Shown here: piece after piece, positions 40,601 to 42,407 of the stretch
Layout of the letters: each line of letters begins with the position of its first letter
Position numbering within the stretch: position 1 is the first letter of the stretch
Assembly: GCA_943357025.1 (NCBI GenBank)
Contig: CALRGA010000001.1
Location: 1-42,407 of the forward strand
Length of the DNA: 42,407 nucleotides
Reading direction: 5' to 3'
Origin: Candidatus Uhrbacteria bacterium RIFOXYB12_FULL_58_10
GTDB lineage: Bacteria; Patescibacteriota; Patescibacteriia; UBA9934; GWF2-40-263
Position numbers and translations under genes: made by a program
The notes under the pieces: model-generated
What the model was told of the DNA's origin: nothing
Database searches by the model: none
What the model saw: only the letters and a program-made list of their open reading frames with translations

Positions 40601-41008
40601 GCCTCCCTCGCCGGGATCGTCCTCTCCGTGTTCGTCGCGGTCATTCGCCCAACCTTGTTTTCGATCGCGATGATCGGCGCGCAGGTTGGGTTCTATCTCC
40701 TCGTTCGGCGCCTTGCCATTCCGCGAAAACCCAAGTCCTGGGGAATCGTGTACGACCAGGAAACGGGCCGGCCGCTCGGACGCGTGATCGCCCGCGTGTT
40801 CGAACCGAAATACAACAAGCTGCTCGAGACCGCTGTCACGGACGGCAAGGGACGATACACGTTCCTCCTCGGTCCGAACGAGTACTACACCGTCTACGAA
40901 AAGGCTGGCTTCGAGAATGCCGAAATTCGGCCGATCGACTATCGCAACCTAACGGAACCTTCGGAATTCTCTCGTGACATCTCGATGATGCGCGGGAAGT
41001 CGGTATGA
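37643..41008 (+). CDS. 1121-aa multidomain envelope protein: N-terminal anchor, three FN3 domains, Glu/Pro/Thr linker, beta-sandwich region, and three carboxypeptidase-regulatory-like domains interleaved with TM helices
   Basis: GTG start. FN3 domains at about aa 210-300, 305-395 and 400-490 (ATVGWSTSE...GTTYHVRVRS; VTITWTTIE...GTTYHFDVES; VELSWTNPS...GTTYYFGVFA). CarboxypepD_reg-like signatures VTAEDGQFGWYVPNTTYALSA, VTDKGGRYFFLPPPGRYRLSV and VTDGKGRYTFLLGPNEYYTVYEKAGF. Hydrophobic segments at about aa 811-846 and 986-1022. Confidence 0.9.
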   Translation: MFTRWSKSLWSVVSVIVSVTMLVAAASYAATASPANDTPTSLRTSEGANHFLVFTTPSGVSEGETVVVGFSSAFDTSGIVEDDVDAQDDGADLTTAANCGGAEQASVVMASDALTITICPGDGGAIAAASEITVKIGTNATASGIGANQVVNPATVGTYYVSIAGTFGDSGSIALPMLEEGSVGVTGTVPPSQGGGGGGVPSEGCGDSIAPEIFSVVISNVTDSSATVGWSTSENADSAADYGTTASYEIATESSSSLVTSHSEVLSGLSEGTTYHVRVRSSDLCSNQASSGDQTFSTNDATAPIISSVVATVTSSTSVTITWTTIEPATSWVNYGATASYGTVVGDSTLSTSHLVIITGLDEGTTYHFDVESADASGNSATSSDDTFVTSSNPAPSNVSDLVVDASSGAVELSWTNPSDADFEGVRVLMCMDGFPSGPDDTDCTVVYSGVANATSVETLMDGTTYYFGVFAQDAAGQFASGALGLGTPSTPVEEVPMPEEVSVPAVTPPEEETTVSAETGTDQTVSTETLSAVDESEEPSEAVPAGIETPSDQTPPIPPTTVVEEDLVPQGDVTFFVASGTIQLAPSGSGTVHVLGNRPLSVMLETKHLTKEISRVQLVLGASAYIMALSNDGSTYAADVSTPGAPADYGIATSIYYADGTVQSIGTNLEVEGDGYAYFQQEGQLSRVGGANVTLLTNGTVPWDGSPFAQFNPIVTAEDGQFGWYVPNTTYALSADAGGYLQAGTRTFSVTDNIANQAIRMELHQADSAPPAQITDVVMSNLSVVGTFVSATLESVRAVPGVEEAAAVSTPALVVVTAASAVVLATSFNLLAFLQSLFTSPLLFFGRRTRRSYGVVYNSITKVPLDLATVRLFRMPDDWNGAKDVVGKLVQSRVTDKGGRYFFLPPPGRYRLSVIKNQFVFPSEYLGGAKDDGSFLDVYHGEPIVVTDANASISANVPLDPTQASAQHASAQVLLRTKLRRIQKAASLAGIVLSVFVAVIRPTLFSIAMIGAQVGFYLLVRRLAIPRKPKSWGIVYDQETGRPLGRVIARVFEPKYNKLLETAVTDGKGRYTFLLGPNEYYTVYEKAGFENAEIRPIDYRNLTEPSEFSRDISMMRGKSV

Positions 41009-42407
41009 ATTCGTGGATGATTCAAAACCGAGCCACTCGCCCGTTCGCGGCCACGCTCATCGCACTGGTCGCATTTGCGGTTATAACCTCGCCTCTCCTG
41101 ACGGCCTACGCGGCCGCCCCCGTGAACGCCATCTCGTACCAGGGGCGGCTGCTCGACACTTCCGGAAACCCGGTTTCCGACGCCAGCGCGGAATTTGTCT
41201 TCAGGCTCTATGGCTCGGCAGCGGGAGTCGACTGTCTCTGGCAGTCCGACGACGGCGCGGCGTGCGCCGGAGCCGACACGCAGACGGTCGCGCTGAACGA
41301 CGGACTTTTTTCAGAAAATATCGGCTCATCCGTCGATCCGGCCGGCTTGTCCGAGGCATATCCCGTCGACCTTTCCGGCGTCTTCGAGAACAACGCGGAC
41401 GTATACCTCGAGGTCGTCATCAACGGCGAGACCCTTTCCCCGCGCAAGCAGATCGTCGCGGCCCCGTTCGCGCTCAACTCGCAGTCGCTCGACGGGCTCG
41501 ACTCGACGGACTTTCTATCGAACGCGGGCGATACCGCGACGGGCGCGTTCGAATTCACGGGTAACATGACCATGAACGACGCGGACGCGGACTCGATCCT
41601 CATCGGCGCGGCCGCCGACACCGTCACCATCGCCTCGAACGCCCTCTCCCTCGCCGACGACGACTGGAACGTCTCCATTGCCGGAGCGGCCAGCTTCGCG
41701 TCGGTGACGCTCAGCGGCCTCGTCTCGACGATGGTCATGGCCGACGCCGCAGGAACCATCGTCGCGGCGACGGCCGGGACGGATTACATGGACGGCGCGT
41801 TGGCGGACAACAGCGTCTTCATCGGAAACGTCGCCGGCGACGCGACGGCAGTCACGCTTTCTGGCGACGTCACAAGCACGAACCTGGGCGTTTTGACGAT
41901 CGGGAGCGGGAAGGTCGACGGCGACAAGATCTTGGATGATTCGATCGGCTGGGCCGACATTGCGGACGCGACGACGCTCGACGCGGACACGTCCATCGCC
42001 ACCGCCGGCTTCGCCCTTTCAACGACCGGCCTCGGCGCGCTCACGTTTTCCTCAACAGGGCAGGTCTCCTTCGCGGGCAACGTGAACGCGACCAGCGGCC
42101 TCGACGTCACCGGCGCGAGCCTGACGGTCGGCGGCGCGAATTTCAGCGTGGACAACGCGAGCGGCGACACGATCGTCGGCGGGACGCTCGGCGTGACGGG
42201 CGCGTCGACGCTTGCCGGAACCACCGCCACGACGCTCGGCGCCACCGGCGACGTCACCATGAACGACGCCGGCGCGGACACGATCGCCATCGGCGCGGCC
42301 GCCGACACCGTCACCATCGCCTCGAACGTACTCTCCCTCGCCGACGACAACTGGAACGTCTCCTCGGCCGGCGCGGCCAACTTCGCGTCGATCGGCGCCG
42401 TGGCGTC
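41005..42407 (+). CDS. Secreted repeat-containing fibre-like protein; the 3' end runs off the window
   Basis: Absent from the ORF track because there is no stop in the window. ATGA overlap with the upstream stop. Signal peptide MNSWMIQNRATRPFAATLIALVAFAVITSPLLTAYAAAP. N-module VNAISYQGRLLDTSGNPVSDASAEFVFRLYG...YLEVVINGETLSPRKQIVAAPFALNSQSLDG, followed by Gly/Ala/Thr/Asp-rich repeats. Confidence 0.85.
   Translation, partial: MNSWMIQNRATRPFAATLIALVAFAVITSPLLTAYAAAPVNAISYQGRLLDTSGNPVSDASAEFVFRLYGSAAGVDCLWQSDDGAACAGADTQTVALNDGLFSENIGSSVDPAGLSEAYPVDLSGVFENNADVYLEVVINGETLSPRKQIVAAPFALNSQSLDGLDSTDFLSNAGDTATGAFEFTGNMTMNDADADSILIGAAADTVTIASNALSLADDDWNVSIAGAASFASVTLSGLVSTMVMADAAGTIVAATAGTDYMDGALADNSVFIGNVAGDATAVTLSGDVTSTNLGVLTIGSGKVDGDKILDDSIGWADIADATTLDADTSIATAGFALSTTGLGALTFSSTGQVSFAGNVNATSGLDVTGASLTVGGANFSVDNASGDTIVGGTLGVTGASTLAGTTATTLGATGDVTMNDAGADTIAIGAAADTVTIASNVLSLADDNWNVSSAGAANFASIGAVA
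41569..41703 (+). repeat. Intragenic direct repeat, copy 1 (135 bp)
   Basis: About 88% identical to 42256-42390 by hand alignment, including a 41-nt exact run (41601-41641 = 42288-42328). The offset is 687 nt, or 229 codons. Confidence 0.8.
42256..42390 (+). repeat. Intragenic direct repeat, copy 2 (135 bp)
   Basis: See copy 1. It encodes TMNDAGADTIAIGAAADTVTIASNVLSLADDNWNVSSAGAANFAS, versus TMNDADADSILIGAAADTVTIASNALSLADDDWNVSIAGAASFAS in copy 1. Confidence 0.8.

Noticed and set aside
41569-42390. The repeat pair in the fibre gene could be the template and variable repeats of a diversity-generating retroelement.
   Set aside because: Mismatches between the copies are not confined to adenine positions. 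Both copies are in-frame in the same ORF, 687 nt apart. No reverse transcriptase gene is present in the window.

Overview
This is a 42.4-kb GC-rich (about 60% by eye) bacterial chromosomal segment. It is gene-dense and mostly housekeeping. Recognised genes: membrane H+-PPase (partial), RNase HII, UppS, ComM/YifB, LspA, a DksA/TraR zinc-finger protein, PNPase, S15, S20, Pol I, Pol III delta, PgeF, a Xer recombinase, RmuC, an MsbA-like ABC exporter, LysM-M23 and GerMN/Gmad2 envelope proteins, and a DsbA-like oxidoreductase. There are four tRNAs (Arg-TCT, His-GTG, Arg-CCT, Ala-CGC), all with encoded CCA. Gene content resembles a small-genome Patescibacteria/CPR-like monoderm, but that is inference only. 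Accessory content: a solitary MazF/PemK-like toxin, an AbiEii-type nucleotidyltransferase with a 66-aa upstream partner, a NYN-domain gene between rpsO and pnp, a 1221-aa orphan cytoplasmic protein, and several membrane-anchored orphans. Most notable observations: (1) a four-gene signal-peptide operon (35.7 kb to the window end) that looks like an undescribed cell-surface fibre/adhesion module, behind a consensus promoter, an 11-bp inverted repeat and a 0.6-kb AT-rich non-coding island; (2) five exact DnaA boxes, all intergenic, three of them within 52 bp at 10.57-10.62 kb; (3) a promoter-to-terminator unit of about 375 nt at 10.09-10.46 kb with no credible ORF, a candidate structured ncRNA; (4) a recurrent leaderless promoter layout with the -10 box 8-9 nt from the ATG, seen at ten genes; (5) a frameshifted lipoprotein gene with a 15-bp periodic repeat encoding DTG. 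No rRNA, CRISPR, transposase or prophage genes were seen. All coordinates were derived by hand and anchored to the ORF track. Promoter, terminator and RNA calls are pattern predictions only.
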